A stretch of 64,000 nucleotides of DNA from Neoechinorhynchus agilis (lineage: Eukaryota > Animalia > Acanthocephala), in assembly GCA_051530055.1 (NCBI GenBank), contig CM121342.1, positions 5,083,489 through 5,147,488 on the forward strand, given 5' to 3'. The translations under genes and the position numbers were made by a program. The notes below the pieces were generated by a model. That model was not told where the DNA came from. It searched no databases and saw nothing but the letters and a program-made list of their open reading frames with translations. Below, piece by piece: positions 12,819 through 25,605 of the stretch. Every line of letters starts with the position of its first letter. Within the stretch, counting starts at the first letter, position 1.

Positions 12819-13141
12819 AAGCAAAAGAAATACCATTCTCTCTCTGTGTCGGGGTTAGGCGATATCTAAGTTTTTATGAATAATCTTCTTCACTTGACGA
12901 ATTCAAAGATTTCTGGAACAAGTGCACAAATTCGTGGTGTGGCCATGAAGTTGTGCTATTTTGTTTATTTGCTTGCTTATGTGAGTGTTGTTGGGTTTTT
13001 TTCTCGGTAGTGAGCTTGACTGATTTTAACGTGCTCTTCACTCAGGTAAGAAAAAAGAGAGAGTTTCATACGGCGAAATCGATTTGAGAACTTTTGGTCA
13101 AGTGCCGATTCCGCCTACTCAGAACCTTAAATTTGATAGGT

Positions 13142-14371
13142 TCAAAAGTATCTATTAGGAATGACCGTACAAAAGTACGGTCGTCCCGGTATCATAGATG
13201 GCGTTGGTCCATATTGCGGCATCATTGAAGTGCCCATGAACTGTGGTTGCTGCGTGTTGTATCCGACACCACCGCCCATCATGATCGGTGCCGCCGCTGC
13301 TGCCGCTGATGGTTGCATTGGGTAGAGTGGCGGTCGTTGATGTAGGCCACCGTCCATCGGCCACATGGTTGGCAGTGGCATGCTTCCTCGCTTGGACGAT
13401 TTGGTCTTAGATTTTCGTGATTTTCTCCGGTAAAAATTGTTTATCGGGAATTGAGGCTGGTAATAATAAGAGTGTGGTTGTTGTGGATGCACAGGGAAAG
13501 GCTGCTGCTGCATTGGCGGCATAGTTGAAGGATGCATTATCGGCGGCGGCGGCGGCGGTTGTTGAACTGCCTGATATCCCATTCCATATCGACCTGGACG
13601 TTGGTCATATCCGTGTTTCGTCTCTTCGTAACGGTACTTCTCTCCATTATAATAGTAATACTTGTTCCGAGGACGCTGGCTTGGATATGCCTCTTCTGTG
13701 AAATAATTATCCCTCTTTTTCTGATGATGCCGAGGTTTCTCTTTACCGTCCGAACGTTCCTGCTCGAACCTTTCCTTATTAGCATTTTTCTGTGTTTCAT
13801 TGGAAAGAGAAATTGCACTCTTTTCTTGAGTCCTTAGACCGCTCGAAATTCTGGATCCATGGTATGAAGCACTGTGTGAACGAGAAGTTGTTTGTTGGCC
13901 TCCTGTAGATGTGGGGGTTGATGGTCTTCTTGGCTTACGATAGACAACCTCATTTAGATTTGTTTTTCGTTCAGCTGATATGCTTCGTCTTTCCGAAGAA
14001 TCAATATTTGTTGATCTTTGAGTCACTTGGTCTTGCTGCGATTGGTCATCCGCATTGCTTGCAAAGAACGGTGAAATTGAAGATTGACCAGTGTGTTTCT
14101 CCATGTTAGCCATTGCGTTTTGTACTTCTCTGGGAGATGCGTTGGCTGATATTACACCTTGGGGCATTTTGTAATGGCCAGATTGAGGAGGCATCGGTGG
14201 AACTTTATAGATTACTGATTTGTGTTCTGGTGGTGGAACCCACCCCTTCACCGGAGGAGGTGGAGCATGATGCAAAGGCCTGTTCGTAAAGGAAGCTATT
14301 TGCTGAGCTTGGCTAGGATATTGAACCGGCGGTGCCGTCTGTAAATGCTGCTGGGTTTGTTGATTCATCAT
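13142..14371 (-). CDS. Pro/Gln-rich low-complexity protein, probably with upstream exon(s) to about 15250
   Basis: 409-aa ORF. The frame stays open about 50 codons upstream of the ATG to a CAATAG acceptor. ORF 15319-15056 is a candidate first exon. Confidence 0.65.
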   Translation of the reverse strand: MMNQQTQQHLQTAPPVQYPSQAQQIASFTNRPLHHAPPPPVKGWVPPPEHKSVIYKVPPMPPQSGHYKMPQGVISANASPREVQNAMANMEKHTGQSSISPFFASNADDQSQQDQVTQRSTNIDSSERRSISAERKTNLNEVVYRKPRRPSTPTSTGGQQTTSRSHSASYHGSRISSGLRTQEKSAISLSNETQKNANKERFEQERSDGKEKPRHHQKKRDNYFTEEAYPSQRPRNKYYYYNGEKYRYEETKHGYDQRPGRYGMGYQAVQQPPPPPPIMHPSTMPPMQQQPFPVHPQQPHSYYYQPQFPINNFYRRKSRKSKTKSSKRGSMPLPTMWPMDGGLHQRPPLYPMQPSAAAAAAPIMMGGGVGYNTQQPQFMGTSMMPQYGPTPSMIPGRPYFCTVIPNRYF

Positions 14372-16255
14372 CGAAACAAACTGGTCGATTTGGTTCTCGG
14401 GCGCAGTTGACGACAGTATTTCAATGTCGAAATTGGAACCTTGGAATTCAGGAAGTGTCCTAAATTGATCGAACAGTAAGTGTTTTCGTCGATCTGGTTG
14501 GGGTTTTTGTTCTACAACTATGCTACGGGCCCTATTGACGTTCGTTCAAACGCACTAAAGTAATTTAATTGTTGTTGTTGTTGTTTGTGAGTTGTGGTCA
14601 ATACAACTGACAAATAAGATTTGACTTCTCAGAGACACAACAATTTCGCTGGGTAGGTTTTTCGGCATTGAATCCAAACCGTATAAAGCATTAAATCAAT
14701 GACAATATTTAGTTTTAAAGTTTGGGCCACGTAAAGAACGCGAGTAGATGAATGTTGGCTCTTAAAAGTCTAAATAGATCTTCAGGGAAAAAAAGTGTTT
14801 TTGTCAAAGGATTTGTTTATTTGGTGGTTTTAAACGTACCGTTTCTCCGTAAGATTAAATTTGTGATTGGAAAAGGCCAGAGAATATAAGTGCGAGTACT
14901 TTTTTTTTCAAAACTAGAATTTCACCTCATGGAAAAAAAGAGTGCGTCTATTTTTGTATGAATCATATTGTAAAATTGAAAAGGACGCATTTCTGCTCGA
15001 TCGATTCTCTTCTTCTTTTTTTCAAAAAAAGCGTCGTTTCGTTCATTTACTCACATTACAAAAAAGCGAATGAACACGATTGGTACATCGATGGCCGATG
15101 CGGCGTGAAAAGGGTCATTGGATTTTGCTGCGAATACCTTAGATATTTTGCGACATCCTGTTCTGTAATTTGAAAGTTTGTTGTATCCGAAGCGGCGGCG
15201 GCACCACGGCCGCTGCTACCATCATCAACATCCATGGTTGTATCCATCATCTGTAGTGTGTGAGAAACAAAAAAAACTATGGTTCCAAAAGCCGGAACGA
15301 AACATTTGACACGGTGCACGCGAGCTAAGAAAAAAGAGACACGAAGAAGTGTACGTTCGAATGTGTAAGAAATGGAGGTGGCGGGTATTTTGTGTGAGTC
15401 AATGGAGGAGCGAGGAATCTTAGCTGCAGTTCCCCATCACGGACACACGACTCCATCGATACAAGAGACGAGTGAAAACAATCATTCAGAGAGTTCGCGT
15501 ACAAGTTTCAGTTGTGAAAACAAAACCAAGTGGAGAATGCCCAATTTTCCCCCTCCATCCACGATAGGACACTCAGTGTCATTGTTTTACACGAAACAAA
15601 CTTGTAAAAAATTTCTTCGTCAACGGTTGAGACTAGGAAAGTCTAGAGATTATACTCTGTATAAAGTCGTTCCAGTCACATGATCCCTTTTTTTAAACAG
15701 TCTTCACAAAAAAAGGCTTGAATAAAATCTTTAAACATTGTACAAAAATTTAGTTTGTTGAAATGTCCGAAACCGGAAAAATAAAGAGAAGACAATCTTT
15801 TTTTTTGGAAACCAGAGAATCAGTCTCCATTTGGTGTCCGCAACAAAACTTCAAAACGAAAAAGCCTATTACTTTGATTTTGTAATAAAAACTTCAAAAA
15901 AAATTTAAACTATTAACAATAACTTACAAGGAAACGTGTGAGAGCACTTTGACATTCAACCAATTTTTGGATCAAAGCAAAAGTAGTACACGCCGTAAAA
16001 CAAAAATGATTTGAATTCAAATTTTTACCGGTGCACGCAAACCAAAATCGTAGGCGATTTGACGGTTATACAATGGTAAAAAAAACTAGAACCAATTTAC
16101 GATGATTGGTACAAAAACTGTTCAGTTAGCATTAAGAGTAGCGAAAGTTTTTTTTGTAATGAGCACCACGCGAGCAATTTACTCAAGCGTTCGGAGTAGG
16201 GGAAAAGGTTACTAAGTGATCTCTATCTATTGGAAAATCTAATTGAGCGCATCCT

Positions 16256-16723
16256 TTAACGCCGTGAAGCAATATCTCCGGCTAACTTGTTTCCTTTATT
16301 TTGCATCAACCGCGATTGATAAGCTGTTCGCCATTCCAAAATTGCATCCTTAAGCTCATCAATCGTTTGAAGCCACGAAGCACAGCTCGCGTTGAGTGTT
16401 TGTAAGCCAGTCTCGTCCATTTGAATCTCATTTTCGTTTCCCGTTACGCTTCCATTTAGTTCTTGAATTTCGGTTATGTCCTCTGCTCGGTTAGTATCTC
16501 GTATTGCCTGTTTGTTCTCGTTTTCTATTGACTCTCTGTGAAATTCTGTTAAGATAAAATTAATGACTTTCTCAACAAAATCGGCACAAGTTCCACGGAC
16601 AGAAGTTTGGGACTCAATCGGCTTCTGAGTACTTTGATCTAGTTCACTTGAAAGCACTGGCTGGCAGAGTGTAGAGTGTGAAATCAGAAATATCAGAATG
16701 CAAACTGAACAAATCGACTTCAT
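16256..16723 (-). CDS. Orphan secreted protein (signal peptide, helical/coiled-coil)
   Basis: 155-aa ATG ORF with a hydrophobic N-terminus, MKSICSVCILIFLISHSTLC. Confidence 0.65.
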   Translation of the reverse strand: MKSICSVCILIFLISHSTLCQPVLSSELDQSTQKPIESQTSVRGTCADFVEKVINFILTEFHRESIENENKQAIRDTNRAEDITEIQELNGSVTGNENEIQMDETGLQTLNASCASWLQTIDELKDAILEWRTAYQSRLMQNKGNKLAGDIASRR

Positions 16724-17922
16724 TCTTGGACACGATCTTACATTTATGACTCGCTCGAACTTATATGTTTCAAAAGTTTTCCAAGCGCTCTAACTAATAA
16801 AAAAATAGAGGTTTGTCAATAATAGGGGACGATTGCAAATTAACAAGATGCTCCCTCATATACGCTTCTGTACCAAATGATCTCATACGAATAAAGTTGA
16901 TGAGAAACAGTTCTTTGTTTTCATGAGTGAATATTTCCATTTTAGAAGGATGTGTCCATTTTGTTCTCGGAAACATTTAAACTCTTAATTTTTTTATTAA
17001 GTAATGCCCTTTTCACACGATAACTTTTTTTCACTGATTCCAGTTGTGTAAAAGCAAAAGTAAGTCTGATTGAGCACCTTTTTTTAAAAAAAAAGATCGT
17101 TATAAGATGCGACTGCAACGGTTTATATAAATTTAATCGTTTCCTTGGATTTTAAAGAATCGAATGATTTTTTTGATGAACTCTATCTAAATTGATGAGG
17201 TGTTTGAATGACTCTTAAGCACCACCCAATCGAAATCTAATGTTCTTACATAATTAAAAATGTTTGATCACCGATGTCGTATTGGAAATGGCAAGGACTA
17301 AGAGGATCATTTGTATGGCGCTTCAAATAATATCCCGTATTCTCGGATCATTTGAAGGATCTTCTGGCCAATAGGAATATCAAACGACTAAAAGAATTGA
17401 ATCAGTTTTATACGGGCATCTCTCGGCCGGTTAATACCACTCCACCAAATCCGCAACCCTCTTTTCAAAATAAACAACCGCATTCGTTTGACAAATCAGA
17501 ACTCGAGTGCTCACGAGGAGGACCCAGAGAAGGACATAGTTTCTCTACTTTGTCTCAATAAAAATGTGTTATTATTAAGAAGATGGGAAAAACCGCAAGC
17601 ATTGAAAAGCACTTGAAAAAGATCGTCTAAAATGGAGATTTAAGGATTCGCCTATATTCCAAAACTCAATAAATTTGCGAAACGAGTGATTTTTTAATAT
17701 GTTGTAAAATAAATCGAGGAGCGTAAAGTGCAATTAAGTGCAAGATAAGTAAATTTTCGACATAAATATTTTGCTTTTAAATTTTTTAGCACTTTATAGC
17801 CAATACGAAGAAAAAACATGCAACTAGCTAATTTATTGAACTAAGTAACTGAAACTAAGGACGACTACATGATTGGTAACTACTATTGCAGTCATCCACT
17901 AGTAAGGACAGAGTCTCTTCTT

Positions 17923-19149
17923 TTATTTGAGAGGTCTCTTTGCCTTAACTTTCTTTTCGGCAGTAGGTTTATCTAGTCGAAACGTGAATACCACCTCCTG
18001 TGCCTCTGTTGACGCTGGGTTTCCCGATTTTTGATTGTTTGAAGAATTTTGCGAGGGTTCATATTGGGTTTGTGATACAGAAAGTCCTTCGATCGCCTTT
18101 TTGATTTCTCCAAGAAGGTCCGTGATTTTTGTTGAGCAGATGGTTTCGTCATTATCAGAAATCGGTCTGATAGCATCCTCATTATAAGAAGCAGGTATGA
18201 TTCTCTTCTGGGAATCTTGTAAGTTTTCCTTCCGTGAATATGGAACCACAGGACTAACGGGTCCATATTGATTAGCTCCATAATCTGATACACCGCTGTA
18301 GACGGGTTTAGGGACACTGCCACCTTGAGATCTCCTGCGCAAGCAGTTGCAAAGAAAGGTCTCATAGTCCTCATCAAGTGCCGGTGGAGCAGGAATTAAC
18401 TGATCATTTAGCATTGGAATACTGTGACTGTTGCTACCAGCTCGGGGGACGCACTGACAGATGTAGCCTCCACTTGCTGCTGGTGGTGGTGGCGATTGAT
18501 CCTGTTTTATTGGGATGTATTCAAATTCGAATCCTTGTCCACTTCCGATATTGGTAGGTGGCCGAGCACTGTTACCGGACGAGCAACATGGACAGGCTCC
18601 CGACTGTGGTGGCATGTAAACCGACGGATTTCGAGGCGAACCCATACATTGTTGCCTAGCGCAACAGCCACAAGTGCATTGCTGCCCACTTGAAGGGGCG
18701 TTGCAGACCGACGATGTTTGTCCACCTTCTAATTCACAAATGAATCCTCTGATGCCACCGGACGGCGGAGAGTTAAATGGAGTCGGGCATGTGGGTGCAA
18801 CTGATTTTGGTTTTGGACAACATACTTCACTTGCGGGTCCGTCGAGATCAACCGAACCTTTCATGAATATTACCGGATAGCACTTCGGTTCTATCAATGG
18901 TTCGGGTTCACATGGTCCTGCGGAATCTCCATGTGAAGGAAAACCTGATGGTATCTCGCCCGGGGCAGAATTGTAGATGTAGACATTGCATCCACATGCA
19001 GATGGAATCGAAGTTTTGTTTTCATTCTCCGGTGCTGCGGTTGTTGTATCTTGAATTGCGCATATCAGAGTACAGTCACCTAAGTGTTTTTCCTCACAGA
19101 ACACCGATAGCGAGCTGAACGCGATTATGATTGCTTGGAATAGAATCAT
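17923..19149 (-). CDS. Secreted Cys/Pro/Gly/Ser-rich protein
   Basis: 408-aa intronless ORF with signal peptide MILFQAIIIAFSSLSVFC and clustered Cys motifs (CGC, VCCP, CTCGCC, CPCC, YICQC, FLCNC). Confidence 0.8.
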   Translation of the reverse strand: MILFQAIIIAFSSLSVFCEEKHLGDCTLICAIQDTTTAAPENENKTSIPSACGCNVYIYNSAPGEIPSGFPSHGDSAGPCEPEPLIEPKCYPVIFMKGSVDLDGPASEVCCPKPKSVAPTCPTPFNSPPSGGIRGFICELEGGQTSSVCNAPSSGQQCTCGCCARQQCMGSPRNPSVYMPPQSGACPCCSSGNSARPPTNIGSGQGFEFEYIPIKQDQSPPPPAASGGYICQCVPRAGSNSHSIPMLNDQLIPAPPALDEDYETFLCNCLRRRSQGGSVPKPVYSGVSDYGANQYGPVSPVVPYSRKENLQDSQKRIIPASYNEDAIRPISDNDETICSTKITDLLGEIKKAIEGLSVSQTQYEPSQNSSNNQKSGNPASTEAQEVVFTFRLDKPTAEKKVKAKRPLK

Positions 19150-19539
19150 CAGTGTGGTCGAACTGAAACTTACTCAGAGATTAGTAGACCGTCTCGTCTT
19201 AACCGCTCAGGGAGTGGCGCAAACAGTGTACGATTCCTCCAGTCTTAATTTGACAATATAGAAAAGTAAGTTGATTAAACAGTTTTTCTTTTTAAAATCG
19301 AATCCATCAATAAAGAATGTATAGAGCCGGAGCATATTTTATATTCATCGAGACATGAACAAAAAAGACTATCATCAGTTATCGTAGTCGAATGTATGGA
19401 TAACTTGAATTTGAAAAAAAAATTACACACGTCAAATAAAACATCCTTTATTATAGTTAAGAAACATGAGGCGTCCATCTGAACTTTTTTTATTATTTAA
19501 GTCCTGATTTCGAATGCCCGTTCATTAAATGGAAGTTTA

Positions 19540-21650
19540 ATTATCCCATGATTAAACCGAGTACGGCTCCTGGGAGAACACCGTTTCAAAAGTCGAGAAA
19601 TAAATGCATTTGCAATCGAAAAAAACTCGCTTTTAGCGTTCAAAAAGGGAAATATGAGAAAGTTTGTCGCCCAAATTTTCAATAGATTTACACTATTTAA
19701 TCGTTTTTTTGCTTCTGACAACGGGTGAACTGAACTTGATTTTGTTAATCTCGAAATGGCGGACATAAATGCCGAGAAACTTCCCATTATTGAACCGAGT
19801 ACGGCTCCTGGGAGAACATCATTTCGAAAGTCGAGAAATAAATTCATTTGCAACCGAAAAAACTCTCTTTTAGTGTACAAAAAGGGAAATATGAGAAAGT
19901 TTGTCGCCCAAATTTTCAATAGATTTACACTATTTAATCGTTTTTTTGCTTCTGACAACGGGTGAACTGAACTTGATTTTGTTAATCTCGAAATGGCGGA
20001 CATAAATGCCGAGAAACTTCCCATTATTGAACCGAATACGGCTCCTGGGAGAACATCGTTTCAAAAGTCGAGAAATAAATGCATTTGCAATCGAAAAAAA
20101 TCTCTTTTAGCGTCCAAAATGGAAATATGAGAAAGTTTGTCGCCCAAATTTTCAATAGATTTACACTATTTAATCGTTTTTTTTGCTTCTGACAACGGGT
20201 GAACTGAACTTGATTTTGTTAATCTCGAATTGGCGGACATAAAAACCGAGAAACTTCCCATTATTGAACCGAGTACGGCTCCTGGGAGAACATCGTTTCA
20301 AAGTCGAGAAATAAATGCATTTGCAACCGAAAAAACTCTCTTTTAGCGTCCAAAAATGGAAATATGAGAAAGTTTGTCGCCCAAATTTTCAATAGATTTA
20401 CACTATTTAATCGTTTTTTTTGCTTCTGACAACGGGTGAACTGAACTTGATTTTGTTAATCTCGAATTGGCGGACATAAAAGCCGAGAAACTTCCCATTA
20501 TTGAACCGAGTACGGCTCCTGGGAGAACATCGTTTCAAAAGTCGAGAAATAAATGCATTTGCAATCGAAAAAACTCTCTTTTAGCGTCCAAAAATGGAAA
20601 TATGAGAAAGTTTGTCCAAATTTTCAATAGATTTACACTATTTAATCGTTTTTTTGCTTCTGACAACGGGTGAACTGAACTTGATTTTGTTAATCTCGAA
20701 TTGGCGGACATAAAAACCGAGAAACTTCCCATTATTGAACCGAGTACGGCTCCTGGGAGAACATCGTTTCAAAAGTCGAGAAATAAATCATTTGCAACCG
20801 AAAAAACTCTCTTTTAGCGTCCAAAAATGGAAATATGGGAAAGTTTGTCGCCCAAATTTTCAAAAGATTTACACTATTTAATCGTTTTTTTTGCTTCTGA
20901 CAACGGGTGAACTGAACTTGATTTTGTTAATCTCGAATTGGCGGACATAAAAACCGAGAAACTTCCCATTATTGAACCGAGTACGGCTCCTGGGAGAACA
21001 TCGTTTCAAAAGTCGAGAAATAAATGCATTTGCAACCGAAAAAACTCTCTTTTAGCGTCCAAAATGGAAATATGAGAAAGTTTGTCGCCCAAATTTTCAA
21101 AAGATTTACACTATTTAATCGTTTTTTTGCTTCTGACAACGGGTGAACTGAACTTGATTTTGTTAATCTCGAATTATGGGACATAAAAACCGAGAAACTT
21201 CCCATTATTGAACCGAAGCTCCCGGGAGAACATCGTTTCAAAAGTCGAGAAATAAATGCATTTGCAACCGAAAAAACTCTCTTTTAGCGTCCAAATGGAA
21301 ATATGGGAAAGTTTGTCGCCCAAATTTTCAAAAGATTTACACTATTTAATCGTTTTTTTTGCTTCTGACAACGGGTGAACTGAACTTGATTTTGTTAATC
21401 TCGAATTGGCGGACATAAAAACCGAGAAACTTCCCATTATTGAACCGAGTACGGCTCCTGGGAGAACATCGTTTCAAAAGTCGAGAAATAAATGCATTTG
21501 CAATCGAAAAAAACTCTCTTTTAGCGTCCAAAAATGGAAATATGAGAAAGTTTGTCGCCCAAATTTTCAATAGATTTACACTATTTAATCGTTTTTTTTG
21601 CTTCTGACAACGGGTGAACTGAACTTGATTTTGTTAATCTCGAATACTAT
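19540..21650. repeat. Tandem array, about 237-bp unit, about 9 copies, derived from the 3' end of the adjacent PAP2 gene
   Basis: Anchor GTACGGCTCC or a variant at 19561, 19799, 20036, 20273, 20510, 20744, 20981, about 21217 and 21449. The homologous gene segment is at 21693. Confidence 0.95.
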
Positions 21651-22449
21651 TGGCGGACATAAATGCCGAACTACTTCCCATGACTGAACCGAGTATGGCT
21701 CCTGCGAGAACATCGTGTGGAAAGTGCTTATGATCAAGAACTCGTGTAACAGCCACATAGGAAGCGAATGCGATACAAGCGATCATTAGTAGATAAGAAA
21801 AGGATCGAGTATTTGTCCAGATCCAATCTACGTATAGTACAACGCAGGTAAAGACCATACCGAAGAATATGGATCCTGAATGGTTGGATGGAAAGGATTT
21901 TCTCATTTCACTAATCGCATGATGACTCAGATTATTATTGTTGCTGCATTGATAAATCGATACATAAGGACATTGTTCAGTCGATGATTTGTTATCGAAC
22001 TGTGGCGTACAAGCATGCAAAAAATAAGGTCGTAGTTCTCCAATGGTATGTTTAAGGACATCCGCTAATAAGCATTCTGCGATGAGTCCAAAGGCGAAAG
22101 CGAAGAGTTCATAGTAGAAACCATACCAAATTGAACTTATATTGAACGTACGCGACATAAAATCAATTGTATAGGTTTTTGGAGGATTAAGAGAAACTCC
22201 AACTCGAAAGGAACGGTACAGACGAATTGAGAACATTACGAGACATGGCACAGTTATGGCTATTAGGAAGTTGAGCCAAGCTGGAATTGTGGACGTGTGA
22301 TATGTGTAAGTGAGTTTTTGGTCGCATGTAAAAAAACCTCGGATCGTGACAGGAAGTCCGAAGTATACACCGATCCAGGTTACTGTCAAGAACAGGAGTG
22401 CAAGAAGGTCGAATAGGAACTTGCGAGCACTGATAACCAGATTATCCAT
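21634..22449 (-). CDS. PLPP: Phospholipid phosphatase (PAP2/LPP family), intronless
   Basis: 271 aa with six hydrophobic segments. Motifs: C1 KHTIGELRP, C2 SFPSNHS, C3 TRVLDHKHFPHDVLAG. Confidence 0.92.
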   Translation of the reverse strand: MDNLVISARKFLFDLLALLFLTVTWIGVYFGLPVTIRGFFTCDQKLTYTYHTSTIPAWLNFLIAITVPCLVMFSIRLYRSFRVGVSLNPPKTYTIDFMSRTFNISSIWYGFYYELFAFAFGLIAECLLADVLKHTIGELRPYFLHACTPQFDNKSSTEQCPYVSIYQCSNNNNLSHHAISEMRKSFPSNHSGSIFFGMVFTCVVLYVDWIWTNTRSFSYLLMIACIAFASYVAVTRVLDHKHFPHDVLAGAILGSVMGSSSAFMSANSIRD

Positions 22450-25400
22450 TGAAAACGGTCTTCTTATCGTCTGAAATTCGATCTAAATATTTAAAATCCG
22501 TGATTAACGGGGCGAGGTGTGAGAGACAAGGACGAGTTCTCATACACTGATGCCGAAATTTCTAATAATTCGCCTGGCCTCTTTAGGAGGAAAACTGTTG
22601 ACAACTATTAAATAAAATCTCCTACTGTAGACGTTAATTTAAAAGCTTGCGCCAAGTCAACTGCAAAACAATAAGCGATTTAGTTATCTTGACTCGAATT
22701 TCGCTTTTTTTCGTGATTGCCATGACAATGGACAGCGTTTAAAAGTTATGCAAAGTGCTACAAACACAATTGAATGGAAAACGAGAAGTAAATGGCAAAT
22801 GACCGACTTGTAGACCTTTTTTTATCGGTGTAACAATTGGTATCCTAGTGGAGATACTCGTGAGTATGTGAATAATGGGGTTTTTGCTAATTATGCTTCT
22901 AAGTTGGGAATACTTTAACTACAAACTATTCATTTTTTTGAAAAAGTGTCACTAGACGAAAATCGTTTTCCCTTAAAAAAACCCTAGATACTTTAACTCG
23001 TGTTTATAACGTCCTCTTTCTCGACATTTATGACAGTTTTCTAGTGTAAATGCCCAAACTCCACTGGTTTCATTGTGCGAACATTTGAATCGCGACAAAA
23101 CTCTTGTTTCAACGAAGAAGCACGGCTTTAACACTGCGAGACAAGCGTAAATCGGGTGAAGTGGCTTAAAGATTCAAATGTTTTTTTTTGAGAAAATGTT
23201 AAACACTAAGCTTTAGAGCGGATAAAATTTTAATGGATGTATTTAGCCACGATAGCGATTAGGAGCTTGTTGAGAAAAATATATGTGTACTTCGCGGCGA
23301 TTACTTATCCAGGTAAACTGTTTTCAAGGCTTTGGGAAACGATGAGCCAGTCCAGAGGATTTTTTCGATGCGATAAGATCGTATTGCGTCTTTACGATAT
23401 GTTAGATTAAAGTAACTCGAAAAAAACGGTCGAATGGCTAACAGAGATATGCGAAACTGAAGGGATAGAACATTCGGTTTAGTTCAAAAAGCGAACACTG
23501 CATGTACGAATTCGGTTGGCGTACTAGCAAGCTGATTCCGTAAGGCTTTTCGAGTAAAAATATGAAATTTTAAAGCATAGATTGAAGTTCGAGGATTCCT
23601 TTTTTGATTCAAATAGAAAAATGTAAAGTTTTAGCATCCGGAAATTGGCTACCAACATTATGTGATCGAAGCAACAGTGTTTTTCTTCATACCGGATCAA
23701 ACGACGAACTACGTGGGGTGATTATTTGAGCCAAACGGTCGGATCAGCGATTTAATAGTTCAATGTTTCAGTTCTAAAATGGTCAGGAGAGATACTTTAA
23801 TTTTTTCCGACTAGGAAAACTTCGATGTAATCCTCGAAAGTGAACATGGTATCAGATGTAAAGCTCGCATAAGTCGACATTTGAAGCAAAGAAGCCAGCG
23901 TGACGAGTGTTTAGAAGACTCACATTTTGAAGTACGTGGGAGTTTTTAGGATGTTGGCACTCCATCAGTTAAAAAGAAGGTGAATATATACACTTCGCTG
24001 GATAATACTAATCGAGAACCCATTTTGGTAATGGATGCTTGTGAATCAATGGAGCTCGTATGAAACCCATTCGTCAAAGATCATTTGCGTATTTCACCAT
24101 CGGTGATAAAAAAACGACATCTTTTCCTCTTTTGTTGATGAAAAACTCAAAACTGTTTAATTAAGAGCTTAATGGATTTGTAGGCTTACCACGGTTACAC
24201 CACTTTCACAACGATCCCAAAATATCGCATGATTTCCGGATCGAACACACTAGCGATAATCGACTTTTGACTAAAAAAAGCCTCTTCCATGATATAAGTT
24301 AAAGCGCGGCTTCTAAGCCTTGCCATTTCCCTTCTTTATAGCTTTTCAATTAAATAGTTCATTGCACTCAAACGCTTTAACCTAATCTGAAGACATCTTT
24401 TTTCACTGATGGCTTTCCCGGGTCTCAATATAATCGTTTTTTTCAGCTTAAAAAGTCTACTTGGCGCAAGTTAAGAATGCAAAGTGTACTTTCACAGATT
24501 GCGCTTAGAAAGTCTGCCAGGAACGAATAATCGCTTCATTATTATAGAACGAACCTGACTGGTATTTGTTTTGGTTCGAAAAGATATACACGGCACCGTC
24601 GATGATAAGATCAATCACAGCGATTGGAATTTAAAAGGCAATCTCAGAGGAATTTTCCAATGCACAGAAACAATGGCAAAGTGTATTAACGAAAGTGCAA
24701 ATACTAGTCTTCATTCTCGTCTAACGTTAAACTGATTAAGTTCCTAAAAGCGGAAAGTCTACCTAACGACGAAAAATAGATGCCAACGACAAGCAAAGTG
24801 TCGAGATTTTTTAGGAAAACATCTACGGTACCGAGGAATAATTGGTTACATTGGAATTAAACGTTAAGTTTCACAAAAATTGTTCTCGCCTAAAAGTCTT
24901 AATATCTTCACGGATAAGATGAACATTTTTTTACTGAAAATGAAAAATGGTACTAAATTTAAAAATTTAACATAAAACCTTTATGGCATTTCAAAGGAGG
25001 CACGCTGTAGAGATCACCGAGAAGTTCAACGATTACCACACTTTTTGTGTAGAGATATTCCTTTTCATATTGGAATCTCCATTGGGAAGCTCAATTGTTG
25101 AACAGCGATTGGGACGGTAAAGAACTTTACAATGACAACCAATGCCATTCATAATAATCAACGATGCTTACATTGACTTCCAAGGCTTAAGAGAATTTCC
25201 TACTGCTTTAATCACCACAAGAATACAATTTGTGTTTAAATAATCAGTCCTAAGTCTTGATGAGTGCTTGACTTAAGGCGTTTCTAATCCAAAGAAGCGT
25301 TTACTGACTAAGAGTGATCGTTTATATGAAACTTTTATTGGTAACCATCTAAATCTATAGATCAAAACACAGCTAATTTTTTTATTGAATCAATGAAAAA

Positions 25401-25605
25401 CCCTTTTTAGTTCGTACTTAAAAAGTTGACCAAAGTAAATTAAAAAAATCGTATGAGAGCCACGTGCAATTTCCTTCATCTAATTGGTAACTAATTAAGA
25501 TCAATTTGTCTGCTGTGAATAATGAACGAAAGCTGAAGATAACCGATTAGATTGGTTCAATCATAATTCAACGATCGCTAACTTGTTTTCGTACTTCAAG
25601 CCTAA

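Noticed and set aside
22500-25600. Scattered exon-like stretches and splice sites in a 3-kb region with no long ORF
   Set aside because: Could not assemble a consistent gene model or recognise a family; left unannotated.
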